Shown: positions 1 to 9,545, counted from the first letter of the stretch. The stretch is DNA of 37,837 nucleotides from a virus (IMGVR_UViG_3300011409_000010:1-37837); one strand, 5' to 3'. Notes: generated by a model from the sequence alone, not told the origin. Made by a program: numbers and translations.

Positions 1-232
1 AGAATATGCAACGGAATCATATCTCGTCCCGCTGTACCGCTACATCGAGGAAGAACTCACAACGCAGTTCCTCGGTGACTTTGAGGATGATACTGAGCGC
101 CATCAATTCAGGTTTGATCTGACTGCGATACGTGCGCTGAGTGAAGATCAGGACGCGCTGTATGCGCGGCTCTCGGTGGGCTACAAAAGCGGCTGGCTGA
201 AGCGCAGCGAAGTGCGCGAGCTGGCAGGCTAC
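1..232 (+). repeat. Left copy of 232-bp imperfect terminal overlap (matches 37606-37837)
   Basis: Manual alignment: colinear, no indels, 16 substitutions. Confidence 0.97.
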
Positions 233-475
233 GAGTTCGATGCTGAAGACGAGATATATGCGCCAATACAGACCGGAGGACCGTCGATGGGTGATGACGC
301 AATGAGGGATGGTGAGCAGGGCGGCAAGGTGCTCACATTCAAAGCTGCCGATCCGAATGCAAGCGGCAATGATGCAGTGCTGGATGCTGCAATTCCGTGG
401 CTCCTGGCACTCGGTGAGGATGAAGCGGCGCAGATGCTCAAGGCAAAACCGAAAGTGACAATCGAGCACGAGTGA
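2..475 (+). CDS. Portal protein, C-terminal part (continues 36608-37837)
   Basis: Frame from nt 2 reads EYATESYLVPLYRYIEEEL...GWLKRSEVRELAGY, identical in protein to the end of the right-hand portal ORF; stop at 473-475. Confidence 0.92.
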   Translation, partial: EYATESYLVPLYRYIEEELTTQFLGDFEDDTERHQFRFDLTAIRALSEDQDALYARLSVGYKSGWLKRSEVRELAGYEFDAEDEIYAPIQTGGPSMGDDAMRDGEQGGKVLTFKAADPNASGNDAVLDAAIPWLLALGEDEAAQMLKAKPKVTIEHE

Positions 476-479
476 CAAT

Positions 480-1091
480 GTGCCTGACTACCAGTGGGAC
501 CCAAAACTCCGCAGATACATCAAACCTAACGGCAAGCCGCTCACACCTGCCGAACAGCGCAAGATCGGGCTGAGAATCGTTTCGAAGAGTGCCGATGCGC
601 TTGAAGACTTAACCCAGACATACGTAGACGGGAAGATCAGCTTCGAGGACTGGGCAGTCGCAATGCGCGAAGGCGTCAAGGCAACGCACAGCGCCATGTC
701 GCAGCTTGCCTTTGGTGGCAAGGAGCAGATGGGCGCAAGGCAGCGCGGGAAGCTCGGCTCACTGCTCGTGCAGCAATACGGCTTCCTCAGCCGGTTTCTC
801 TTGGGCGTCGAATCAGGGCAGGATACGCCTAGCCCGGGACGCTCCGCACAGTACGGGCAATCAGGCTGGATCAGCTACACGGAGTCGATTGGGCAGCGCG
901 AGAAGTACGCAGGGATGCAGGAAGAACGCAGCTTCCTCGAGCCGGACGCGGATCATTGCGAGGAATGCTTTCAGGAGGCAGGCAAGGGCTGGCAGCCAAT
1001 CGGGACGCTTGTGCCGGTAGGCGAGCGCACCTGCCGCGCGAACGATCAATGCGAGTTTGAGTACCGCCAATCCGCCACGGCAGACAGCTAG
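480..1091 (+). CDS. Head morphogenesis / minor head (MuF-like) protein
   Basis: Lies between portal and protease; C-terminal HCEEC...TCRANDQC Cys cluster is typical of this class. Confidence 0.6.
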   Translation: MPDYQWDPKLRRYIKPNGKPLTPAEQRKIGLRIVSKSADALEDLTQTYVDGKISFEDWAVAMREGVKATHSAMSQLAFGGKEQMGARQRGKLGSLLVQQYGFLSRFLLGVESGQDTPSPGRSAQYGQSGWISYTESIGQREKYAGMQEERSFLEPDADHCEECFQEAGKGWQPIGTLVPVGERTCRANDQCEFEYRQSATADS

Positions 1092-1093
1092 AA

Positions 1094-1144
1094 ACTCCCG
1101 CCAAAAGTACCGCCCAAAAGTAAGGGCACCTGCCATGCTATAAG
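1094..1144 (+). promoter_or_regulatory. Putative late promoter: AAAGTAAG-N11-TGCTATAAG with upstream CCGCC(C)AAAAGTA direct repeat
   Basis: Intergenic; extended -10-like TGnTATAAg; the same bipartite motif and spacing recur at 29768-29795. Confidence 0.45.
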
Positions 1145-1159
1145 GCACCATCATTTCAG

Positions 1160-1870
1160 ATGGAGCTTGAACGCAAACAATTCACAGCCAATGTGCAGCC
1201 AGGTGATGCCGGGGAGATTACCGCCCTTGTCAGCGTGTTCAATAACGTTGATCACGCAAGCGAGAAGGTGATGCCGGGCGCATTCAGCAAGTCCCTGGCG
1301 AAGCGCACACCAAAGGGCGTATGGGCGCACGACTGGTCGCAACCCATCGCCAAGACTCTCGAGGCGCGTGAGACAAGCGAAGGATTGGTCATCCGTGGCC
1401 AATTCAATCTCGACACGCAGCGTGGCCGTGAAGCGTTTAGTGACATCAAATTCGGAATCATTGATGAGTTCTCAATCGGTTATCGCGTCGTGAAGGATTC
1501 ATTCGACTCGGAGCAGAAGGACATCCGCCAGCTGGATGAACTCGAGCTTTACGAATGGAGCCCAGTGCTTGTTGGGATGAATCCTGCGACTGAACTTCTG
1601 ACAATCAAATCTGACGTGCCTGCTACGTTAGACAGCCAGGTTGCGAGCGTGCTTGCCTGCGCGAATCAACTTGCCAATCGCTTCGAAGCAATCCACGAGC
1701 TACGCGCAAAAGACGGTCGTCATCTCTCAGCAGCCAAATGGGAGCAGATCGGTGCGTGCAGAGACGTGTTTAGTCGTCTCTTCAACCTGTCTCAGCCAAA
1801 GGTAAATGCAGATGACGCTGAAGCGCGGCGGCTCTTAGCGGAGTTCCTAAACACCCAGATCAAGAAATAG
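1160..1870 (+). CDS. HK97-family prohead protease
   Basis: VFNNVD...PGAF...WAHD...PIAK...GL...FSIGY...LYEWSPV..GMNP motifs; directly upstream of capsid gene. Confidence 0.93.
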   Translation: MELERKQFTANVQPGDAGEITALVSVFNNVDHASEKVMPGAFSKSLAKRTPKGVWAHDWSQPIAKTLEARETSEGLVIRGQFNLDTQRGREAFSDIKFGIIDEFSIGYRVVKDSFDSEQKDIRQLDELELYEWSPVLVGMNPATELLTIKSDVPATLDSQVASVLACANQLANRFEAIHELRAKDGRHLSAAKWEQIGACRDVFSRLFNLSQPKVNADDAEARRLLAEFLNTQIKK

Positions 1871-1879
1871 GAGTTTGCA

Positions 1880-3127
1880 ATGTCCCATAAAGGCAAGACA
1901 GCCACGGAGCTTGAGCAGCTGCGCCTGGCAAAGTCAGAAGAATGTCAGAAGATTTTCGATGCACACAAGGTTGAGCAGGATGGCAAGACTACGTATGACC
2001 TGACGCCTGAGCAGCTTGATGACGTGCGTGCGCGAATGGCGGAAATCAACGCGATCGGCAAGGCACGCGATGAGGTGATGGAGACTGAGCAGATCGCTGC
2101 AAGCGTCAAGAGCATTCAGGACGATCTGTCGAAACCAAACCGCCCCAACTTTGGCGGCAATCCAAAGGGCAATGTGCCGGAGCCATCCGAGAAGGGCATC
2201 GGGCAGCAGTTCGTAGAATCGAAGTCATATCAGGAGTTTCTGCGCAATCACGCAACGGGTCAGGAATCCGATGCCGTGTTCATTGATATGCGCCTGAAGA
2301 CGCTCTTGACGACTACAACCGGCTGGGTTCCTGAGCGAGTACGCTCGACCGTAGTAGTTCCATATGCCACGCCTCAGCCAATGGTCACTGATCTCATCCC
2401 GACGATCCAGATCACTCAGAATGCATTCATCTACATGGAAGAAACCACGTTCACGAATGCAGCTGTGGAGACGGCTGAAGGTTCGGCCAAGCCTGAAGCA
2501 ACACTTGCATTGACAGAGCGCACGAGCCCTGTGCGCAAGATTGCCGTGTGGATTCCAGTCACTGATGAGCAGCTCGAGGATGTGCCTGGAATGCAGGAGT
2601 ACATCGAGAACCGCCTTGGATTCATGGTCAGGCAGCGGCTGAATACGCAGATCCTCGTGGGCAGCGGCATTACGCCGAACCTGCTGGGCATTGTCAACGT
2701 CGTGGGCGTGCAGACGCAGGCGAAGGCAACGGACCCGACACCTGATGCAGTCTATAAGGCGATGACGAAGGTGCGCGTGACTGGCCAGGCAATGCCAAGC
2801 GCGTATGTGTCGCATCCCAATGACTGGCAGGATGTGAAGCTGCTTCGCACCACTGATGGCATCTACATCTGGGGCAACCCGTCAGAGATGGGCCCGGATC
2901 GCATCTGGGGTCTGCCGGTTGTGCTCGATGCGGGACTTACCGAAGGCACTGGAATCGTGGGTGATTTCGCCAACTATTCACTGCTTGCAGAACGCAAGGG
3001 GCTGACCATCAAGGTGGGTTATCAGAACGATGACTTCATCAAGAACCAGCGCAGCATAGTCGCGGAAATCAGAGCGGCCTTCGCGGTTATCCGGCCTACG
3101 GCTTTTTGCCTCGTAACGGGCATATAG
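1880..3127 (+). CDS. HK97-fold major capsid protein with N-terminal delta domain
   Basis: Coiled-coil N-terminus, AEGSAKP, KIAVWIPVTDEQLED, IWGLPVV, GDF, RPTAF; RBS AGGAG. Confidence 0.95.
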   Translation: MSHKGKTATELEQLRLAKSEECQKIFDAHKVEQDGKTTYDLTPEQLDDVRARMAEINAIGKARDEVMETEQIAASVKSIQDDLSKPNRPNFGGNPKGNVPEPSEKGIGQQFVESKSYQEFLRNHATGQESDAVFIDMRLKTLLTTTTGWVPERVRSTVVVPYATPQPMVTDLIPTIQITQNAFIYMEETTFTNAAVETAEGSAKPEATLALTERTSPVRKIAVWIPVTDEQLEDVPGMQEYIENRLGFMVRQRLNTQILVGSGITPNLLGIVNVVGVQTQAKATDPTPDAVYKAMTKVRVTGQAMPSAYVSHPNDWQDVKLLRTTDGIYIWGNPSEMGPDRIWGLPVVLDAGLTEGTGIVGDFANYSLLAERKGLTIKVGYQNDDFIKNQRSIVAEIRAAFAVIRPTAFCLVTGI

Positions 3128-3136
3128 GAGGCACAC

Positions 3137-3649
3137 ATGCCAATCATCGAAGGCTCTTTTGGATTGCTTCAATATGCCGGAACTCCGGCGACCGGCACTG
3201 ATGAAGTGCAGACACTCACACTGGGCGGCACGATCACAGGCGGGACGTTCACAATCTCATTCGAAGGACTCACGACCGCAGCGATCACGTGGAGCAACGT
3301 CAATGCCACGCTCGTAGCTGCGATTGATGCGGCTCTCGAGGCTCTTTCGAACATCGGCACCGGCAATGTCACGACTGCTGTTGGCACGATGACCGCAGGT
3401 GTTGGCACGGCAACGATCACGTTCACCGGGGCACTCGCCAAGCGGGATGTGGGCCTCATGACAGTGACCAGCTCATTGACCGGCACGAGCATCGTTACCG
3501 GAATGGTCACAACAACGCCAGGCGTGGATTCAGGCGGGCGAGGCGCACCAAAGGGCGCGCTCTTGACTGACACCACGAATGGCATTTTGTACGTGAACAC
3601 CGGCACGGCGGCAGGTCCGACCTGGACAAAGGTAGGAACTCAGACGTGA
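3137..3649 (+). CDS. Putative capsid decoration / head fibre protein
   Basis: Follows MCP with strong RBS; Thr/Gly-rich beta protein (DEVQTLTLGGTITGGTFTISF; APKGALLTDTTNGILYVNTG). Confidence 0.55.
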   Translation: MPIIEGSFGLLQYAGTPATGTDEVQTLTLGGTITGGTFTISFEGLTTAAITWSNVNATLVAAIDAALEALSNIGTGNVTTAVGTMTAGVGTATITFTGALAKRDVGLMTVTSSLTGTSIVTGMVTTTPGVDSGGRGAPKGALLTDTTNGILYVNTGTAAGPTWTKVGTQT

Positions 3650-3942
3650 TCGCAGATCGCAGGCTTTACTTAACAGCTGATCGCAAGACGCTTGTGGAGG
3701 AAGGCGACCCGAGTGCCGCCTTCCTCTGGGTTAAGCACGGCGACTATTACGATGAGGATGAAGCGAAACGGCTCGGCTGGCCACCAGAAGAGCTTGTGAC
3801 CACTGAACTTATCGACATGGAAGAAGTGCTGAGGCGAGCTGAAGTAGAACCTGAAGTAGAACCTGAAGGTAAAGCATTACATGAGCCGCCTGAAACAAAG
3901 GCAGAGCGTGGACCAAGACTTGTGAAACGACCGAAGAAGTAA
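3646..3942 (+). CDS. Hypothetical head-region protein
   Basis: Overlapping start/stop with both neighbours; acidic body and basic tail. Confidence 0.65.
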   Translation: MIADRRLYLTADRKTLVEEGDPSAAFLWVKHGDYYDEDEAKRLGWPPEELVTTELIDMEEVLRRAEVEPEVEPEGKALHEPPETKAERGPRLVKRPKK

Positions 3943-4421
3943 TGGCTGATTTTACCCTCGAAGAGATGCGCCACCAGGCATACGAGCAGCTTCTGCTGCA
4001 CGCAGAACCTGACTGCACGCCAAGCATCGTGGGTGAGGAAGCGGCGATCCTCGAGCGGCATATGCGGTGCGGGGTGTGGACACCTTCGACGCTCTACATC
4101 TACGGGGATGAAGTGCAGATATATCCACGCAATGGGCGACGGTATATGTGCATCCAGACCGGCACGAGTTCAGCAACTGCGCCTGACTGGTCAACCCACG
4201 CTTCCTCGAGGATGGCAGATGGCACTGCGAACTGGGAAGAGATTGGGCCGGATTACGAGAACGTGTTTGATGTGCGCGCAGCTGCGCACGAAGCGTGGTC
4301 AGTCAAGGCAGCGCGCGCATCGCACCTTGTGACCACATCAGCAGGCAATTCAAGGATTGAGGCATCGCTGCTCCACGAACAGTGTCGAGCGCGTGCCCGC
4401 GAGTTCACACCGTTTGTTTGA
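3942..4421 (+). CDS. Head-tail adaptor-like protein with inserted carbohydrate-binding-like module
   Basis: Position; helical FDVRAAAHEAWSVKAA segment; internal WTPSTLYIYGDEV...NGRRYMC...PDW...W segment. Confidence 0.6.
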   Translation: MADFTLEEMRHQAYEQLLLHAEPDCTPSIVGEEAAILERHMRCGVWTPSTLYIYGDEVQIYPRNGRRYMCIQTGTSSATAPDWSTHASSRMADGTANWEEIGPDYENVFDVRAAAHEAWSVKAARASHLVTTSAGNSRIEASLLHEQCRARAREFTPFV

Positions 4422-4452
4422 TTCGCTTCGCGTCTGAAGGGATGGTGACTTT

Positions 4453-4818
4453 ATGGCGTGTTTGACTATAGCTGAACTGTATCAAGAGCAGCTTGACGGG
4501 CTCGTCAATCTTGCAGGTACTCGCGTGACTTACTATCCGGTTGTTTTGCAGGGATATAGCACGGCAACGCAATCGCGCAGCCCGGCTGAGGCGGCAAGTG
4601 TCGAAGTGAGTGGCATATTTGGCGAAGAGCGAGTCACGGCACCCGAAGGGGCAATCACCTACGCAACCACATTCACGATCAGCTCAGGCGCATATCCAGG
4701 CACGCCTTCGCCTGGCGATCGCCTCGAACATAGCGGCATCTCATATCGCGTGGTCGAGTTGCGGCGCGCGTGGTTTGGCAGCGTCCTCGCGAATTACGTG
4801 CTGACACTGGGGAACTGA
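4453..4818 (+). CDS. Head closure / head-tail joining protein
   Basis: Position; GTRVTY...PSPGDRLEHSGISYRVV beta pattern. Confidence 0.6.
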   Translation: MACLTIAELYQEQLDGLVNLAGTRVTYYPVVLQGYSTATQSRSPAEAASVEVSGIFGEERVTAPEGAITYATTFTISSGAYPGTPSPGDRLEHSGISYRVVELRRAWFGSVLANYVLTLGN

Positions 4819-5252
4819 TGGCAGCTGTAGGCAGAAGCAATTACAAGCAGGTGCTGAAGAAAGTCGAGCGCGAGACACCGCAGCGACTCAGTAAGGCACT
4901 CCAGGCAACGGCCATCGAGGGAATCAACCGATTGATAGATCGTACGCCTGTGGATACAGGTGCGGCAAAAGCGCATTGGTTTGTGCGACTGCAGCCCGAT
5001 GAAAACTTCGACAAAGAACGCACCGATCCAAGTGGCACCAAGGCAAAGGCACAAGCGAAGCGAGATGTGAAGCTCTTCAGAATTGGCCAGACAGTATGGC
5101 TTGTGAACTCTGCGCCATATTTTGTGTACCTCGAGCACGGCTCGAGCCAGCAGGCTCCCAACGGCATTGTTGCAATCACGCTTGCAGAGATGCAGTTGCT
5201 CTGGCAGAAGGCAATTCAGGTGGCATTTTCGAGGGACGCTAGATCGTCATGA
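4818..5252 (+). CDS. HK97 gp10-like neck/tail-completion protein
   Basis: TPVDTG and NSAPYFVYLEHGSSQQAPNG motifs; ATG at 4818 overlaps upstream TGA. Confidence 0.85.
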   Translation: MAAVGRSNYKQVLKKVERETPQRLSKALQATAIEGINRLIDRTPVDTGAAKAHWFVRLQPDENFDKERTDPSGTKAKAQAKRDVKLFRIGQTVWLVNSAPYFVYLEHGSSQQAPNGIVAITLAEMQLLWQKAIQVAFSRDARSS

Positions 5253-5689
5253 GCTACGCAATCGCCACATCTACAAGTGAGGTGCGCGCGGTAATCGAAC
5301 CGGCAGTTGAGGCGGTGTGGACGGGCCTTGGCTACACGAGCGACACCATTGAGTGGCCCAATACCTACTTCGTGAAGCCTGGCAATGGCGCGTGGATTCG
5401 CGTCACCTTCCCGCAATGGTCAACGGCTGCCTTCACGTGGAGCGCGGGCACGGTGCAGAACACAACGATTGGCATACTCGCCATTCAGGTGTTTGCACCA
5501 CGCAATGCAGGCGATGCGCTGCTGATTGCTGCAAGTGACGCGCTGCGCGCGGCATTCGAGCGCCGGTCATTTGGTGATGGCATACGTTTCAGGGAGTCGC
5601 TTGGGCCGAATGATACGGCCTTCGAACAGCAATGGGCGGGGCGAGCGTTCCTGTTCCCATTTGAGTTTATCGAAGACATAGCCCTGTAG
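5249..5689 (+). CDS. Tail terminator-like protein (DUF4128-like)
   Basis: IEWPN..F..P...WIRV...GILAIQVFAPRNAG pattern; precedes tail tube gene. Confidence 0.7.
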   Translation: MSYAIATSTSEVRAVIEPAVEAVWTGLGYTSDTIEWPNTYFVKPGNGAWIRVTFPQWSTAAFTWSAGTVQNTTIGILAIQVFAPRNAGDALLIAASDALRAAFERRSFGDGIRFRESLGPNDTAFEQQWAGRAFLFPFEFIEDIAL

Positions 5690-5782
5690 AGTTGGTTGAG
5701 CGATGTACATTCAGCGGACATGCAAACAATGTGATGGTCACGAGGCTTGCTTGTCCGCCCTTTTAACTAAAGAGGAGCAATC

Positions 5783-6721
5783 ATGCCAGATCCCGCATTA
5801 CTTTCGAACACGATCATAGGCATCCAGCGTGAGACTGTGCGCGGGACTGCCCCAACTACAGGCGTATATGCAGCTGTGCCATTCCTTGATGGCATCAGCC
5901 TCTCATACGAATCAACTCCCACTGAGTTTGATGTGTATGACGGAACAAGGATGAAGTCATTCACCGTGGGCGGCTCGAGGGCTGTGCGGCTGCGCATCCC
6001 GACAGTGCTCAATTATGAGCAGGGGCAGCAGGACCTGCTGAGGGCATGGCTGCACGCGGCGGCATGGGCAGGCGGCGCAATCGTTGCCGATGCTGATCCT
6101 GGCTACTTCTTCACGATCATTGCGAAGATGGAACTGAGTACAGGTGACGACTACCTGATCTTTACTGGCTGTGAAGTGGCATCAGCCACGATGGATATGC
6201 CGCTCAATGACAAGGTGTCAATCAATTACGACATCTTTGGACTTGCGCAGACTGTTGGCAGCGCATTGCCTGGCACAGCCACGATGGGCGCGCTTACAGG
6301 CAAATCGCCATTCACGACTGGCTTCACTGGCGCGACAGTTACGTGGGATGGGGTGGCAGTGCCTGGCGCATTCACGGCATCGCTGACGCTTGATAATCAG
6401 GCTGACCCGAAGTATGCGTGGGGCAGCGCAAGCGCAGATCACATCATCAACAAGAATCTGCGAGTCAGCGGCACGGCTGAGGTCTACTATCGCGACGATG
6501 CGTTCATCGTTGATGCGATTGCAGGCACGCTGACGCCGCTTACGTTTGTGCTCAAGTCAAGCGAGGGCGCAGCTGAGGACACCTTCACAGTCAGCATTCC
6601 AAAGGCGCTCGCAGTGAATGCGCCGGTAAGTGATAGCGCCGGATCAATGGCAAGTGCGGTGGACTTTCGCGGCCAGTACGATACCGGCATCAGTTCACTC
6701 ATCGGGATGACGGTGGCATAG
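5783..6721 (+). CDS. Major tail (tube) protein
   Basis: Strong RBS (AGAGGAG); IGIQRETVRGTAP N-terminus; beta-rich 312 aa; upstream of chaperones and tape measure. Confidence 0.85.
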   Translation: MPDPALLSNTIIGIQRETVRGTAPTTGVYAAVPFLDGISLSYESTPTEFDVYDGTRMKSFTVGGSRAVRLRIPTVLNYEQGQQDLLRAWLHAAAWAGGAIVADADPGYFFTIIAKMELSTGDDYLIFTGCEVASATMDMPLNDKVSINYDIFGLAQTVGSALPGTATMGALTGKSPFTTGFTGATVTWDGVAVPGAFTASLTLDNQADPKYAWGSASADHIINKNLRVSGTAEVYYRDDAFIVDAIAGTLTPLTFVLKSSEGAAEDTFTVSIPKALAVNAPVSDSAGSMASAVDFRGQYDTGISSLIGMTVA

Positions 6722-6723
6722 CT

Positions 6724-7227
6724 ATGGCAGACTTCGGGCAACTCTCAAAAGAGATTGAAAGCTGGCAGGAACGCGCAGCCTGGCTTGTGCTCAAGCATCC
6801 CTACACCGGCGAGCCAATAGGCGGCGACGAGCCTGCCCGGATTCTGCTGACTTCGCCTCTATCGAAAAGGTGGCAGGAGATGGACCGCACCTGGCAGGTT
6901 GAGCGCATTGTGAGCCGTCAGCGTGACGCTGGGAAGGTGCAGTCAGATGACATAGAGAAGTTTGAAGCGCATCGAGTGCGGTGCTATATGGCAGTCACAC
7001 GCGAATGGGAGCACATCGAGCGCGATGGGGCACCGCTTGTCTGTACGCCTGTGAATATGGAATGGCTCTACGGCCTGCCGTGGGTGCGCAGTCAGCTGCT
7101 CGAGTTTGTGTCTGATCTGACCAACTTTGGCGCACCTGAAGGCACTCTCAATGGGCATGTGCCGGCTGATGTCGTGGAGGACAGCGAAAAAAAATTGTTG
7201 ACTGGTGCTTCTGGCAGTTCGCCGTGA
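6724..7227 (+). CDS. Tail assembly chaperone (gpG-like)
   Basis: Between tube and tape measure; LKHPYTGEP motif; slippery A-run near 3' end. Confidence 0.8.
   Translation: MADFGQLSKEIESWQERAAWLVLKHPYTGEPIGGDEPARILLTSPLSKRWQEMDRTWQVERIVSRQRDAGKVQSDDIEKFEAHRVRCYMAVTREWEHIERDGAPLVCTPVNMEWLYGLPWVRSQLLEFVSDLTNFGAPEGTLNGHVPADVVEDSEKKLLTGASGSSP
7186..7194 (+). other. Programmed -1 frameshift site GAA AAA AAA
   Basis: A AAA AAA heptamer in the chaperone frame; -1 frame is open from here to 7592. Confidence 0.8.
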
Positions 7228-7592
7228 GCAACAAGTTGATGGTGAGCGCGCTGCGTGATGCGTGCGAGGGCGACAGTACGTCTTCGAAGATGATCGAAGT
7301 GAACCGCAGGGCCACGAGGTTGCCACGCAGTGAACGCGAGCCGCCATTCCCACTGCACGATGCGTACCTCTTTGGAATCTTCCAGGAACTGAATGCATCT
7401 CGATCACACAACGGATTCGGTTATAACCCGCTCACTTACACGGAAGTTGATGCATACAGGCGAATGACGGGCACCGTGCTCAATGCCTGGCAGGTAAAGA
7501 TGCTCATGCGAATTGACCAGATATACCTTGCGGCAAGTGCGAAGGGGCAAGAGGTTAAGGCTAAGACACAATCGGCAAGGGCCAAACGCTGA
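7194..7592 (+). CDS. Tail assembly chaperone frameshift extension (gpT-like)
   Basis: -1 frame IVDWCFWQFAVSNK...FQELNASRSHNGFGYNPLTYTEVDAY; stop overlaps tape measure ATG. Confidence 0.8.
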   Translation: MVDWCFWQFAVSNKLMVSALRDACEGDSTSSKMIEVNRRATRLPRSEREPPFPLHDAYLFGIFQELNASRSHNGFGYNPLTYTEVDAYRRMTGTVLNAWQVKMLMRIDQIYLAASAKGQEVKAKTQSARAKR

Positions 7593-9544
7593 TGGCTGAC
7601 ATTGCTTTAGTACATCTTGCGCTTGATTCGTCAGGTGTTGTGGCTGGTGAGAAGCAGGCGACGCGCGCGCTGCAGAACGTTGATTCTTCGATGCAGCGTT
7701 CGGAGAAGCAGGCGCAGCGATTCGGTTCAGCATTGCAGGGGCTTGGTGGGCCTGTCGGTCGGGTTGGCGGCGAGATTTCGAACCTGGGCGGGCAGCTTGA
7801 ATCGCTCACGGGTAGCTTTGGTTTGGCTGGCGGCGCGGCGGTGGCTGCTATTGCCGGAGTTGCAGCACTCGGTTCGGCACTTGTGAAGCTCACACTCGAG
7901 GGTGTTGCCGTATCTGATTCGATGCTTGACGTGGCTGAAAGCACAGGGTTGAGCATTGATCAGGTGCAGCGTCTCTCAGCAGCGGCACGGCTATCAGGCG
8001 AAAGCGCAGACTTTGCAGAGCGATCATTCCGCACATTTGAAAACGTAATTCAATCGGCAATCAATGATCCGGCGAGCGATGCGGCGAAGGCACTGAACGT
8101 GCTGGGCATCAATGCAGTCGAAGCGGGCCAGGACACAGGCGATGCATTCCTGAAGGCCATCAGCAACCTCAAGGAATACCGATCAACCACAGAAGGCGCA
8201 GCCGCTACCAATGAAGTGTTCGGGAAAAGCGTCGGCCAGCTCGTGCGATCGTCCGAGAACCTGACCACAGTGCTGCAAGGCTCAAGGAAGGAACTTGAAG
8301 AGTCGGGTGTGATCGCAACAGAGAGGGCCATCGACGCGGCGGGGCGACTCGACGCGAAGATCAACCATCTTGATAACCAGTGGACTGTATTCAAGCAGAA
8401 TCTTGCGGGCACGTCAGCGGGAGATACAGTCGCTAACACGCTTGATGGCATATCGACGAGCTTGGGGCTTACGTTTGCGGGCCTGCAAAAGGTTGACAGT
8501 CTCATAAGTAAGTCAACATATCTGCAACTTCTGCTGGGCTTGGGGAAAGTTGCAGTTAATCCCGTAGGGCTGCTGGCACCGTTGGCGGGAGCGGATGAGG
8601 TTGCAGGGCCGCCAAATGCAGGATTCGTTACTGGTGGCAGGGGAGGAGGCGGTGGTGGCGGCGGTGCTGGTCGCCGTGCGGCAGCTAGAGCGGTTGAGTT
8701 GCGGCTACCTTTAGGGCGTGCATTCGATCCCATTGCATTATTGCGCCCCGCGCTCGAGCGACTGGAACGCGAGGCAGATGATGCGGCGGATATGGCACGC
8801 GCACTGGCAGAAGTGGACGCGCGTGAGATTGCACGCAACCTGACAATATTAGGCAATCAAGTTGCAAACATCACCGAAGGCGTACCGCTCGCAGTGTCCG
8901 GCTCGCCGTTCCAGCAAGCGCGGCCAGGTCAGATAATCCCAGGGCTGTCGGCTTCTGGGCTTCCGCCACATCCAAGCACTGTTCGAACAGAAGAACAGGC
9001 GCGGCTTGATGAGCAATTCTCGGCAATCTTCGATGACATGCTCATCAGCATCCTGACAGCGCAAAAGACAGTGGGGCAGGCATTCGCGGGCCTGGCCATT
9101 GGCGTCGTTGACACCTTCGCCATCGAGTTCACGAAAGCACTGCGCGAGTCGTTTGTCACACCGGTCATTCGCGGCTTGACTGACATGCTTCAAAGCGCAC
9201 TCAAGGACTTGTTTGGCGGCTTGAGTGCGGGCGGGCTGAAGGGCGTATTCGGTGGAATTGCGAAGGGGATTGGAACCATCTTCGGCGGATTCTTCGCAAG
9301 CGGCGGCACGTTGGGGCCGGGCAAGTTCGGCGTGGCTGGCGAGCGGGGGCCGGAGCTTATCTTCAGCGGCAATCAGCCAATGCACATCGCACCTGTGACA
9401 GCAGGCAGTGCCGGCAATGTGTTCAACATCAGCGTCGGCGTGAATGCGCCATCAGGCACCGTAGACAAGCGCACGCAGGATCAGCTTGCGGCAACTGTGA
9501 TGAACGCAGTGAAGCGAGCGCAGCGCAACGAAGGGGCCAGGTGA
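7592..9544 (+). CDS. Tape measure protein (650 aa)
   Basis: Ala/Gly/Leu-rich helical; C-terminal FASGG...GVAGERGPEL motif; position. Confidence 0.92.
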   Translation: MADIALVHLALDSSGVVAGEKQATRALQNVDSSMQRSEKQAQRFGSALQGLGGPVGRVGGEISNLGGQLESLTGSFGLAGGAAVAAIAGVAALGSALVKLTLEGVAVSDSMLDVAESTGLSIDQVQRLSAAARLSGESADFAERSFRTFENVIQSAINDPASDAAKALNVLGINAVEAGQDTGDAFLKAISNLKEYRSTTEGAAATNEVFGKSVGQLVRSSENLTTVLQGSRKELEESGVIATERAIDAAGRLDAKINHLDNQWTVFKQNLAGTSAGDTVANTLDGISTSLGLTFAGLQKVDSLISKSTYLQLLLGLGKVAVNPVGLLAPLAGADEVAGPPNAGFVTGGRGGGGGGGGAGRRAAARAVELRLPLGRAFDPIALLRPALERLEREADDAADMARALAEVDAREIARNLTILGNQVANITEGVPLAVSGSPFQQARPGQIIPGLSASGLPPHPSTVRTEEQARLDEQFSAIFDDMLISILTAQKTVGQAFAGLAIGVVDTFAIEFTKALRESFVTPVIRGLTDMLQSALKDLFGGLSAGGLKGVFGGIAKGIGTIFGGFFASGGTLGPGKFGVAGERGPELIFSGNQPMHIAPVTAGSAGNVFNISVGVNAPSGTVDKRTQDQLAATVMNAVKRAQRNEGAR

Positions 9545-9545
9545 C

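Noticed and set aside
1-232. Physical direct terminal repeat of the virion DNA
   Set aside because: It falls mid-portal and the copies differ at 16 synonymous sites; better explained as an assembly overlap between strain variants.
3839-3868. 12-bp tandem repeat CTGAAGTAGAAC x2.5
   Set aside because: In-frame low-complexity (EVEP) expansion with no sign of further function.
8633-8671. G-rich tract in tape measure gene as a phase-variable site
   Set aside because: Mixed Gly codons encode a linker; no long homopolymer, and the frame is intact.
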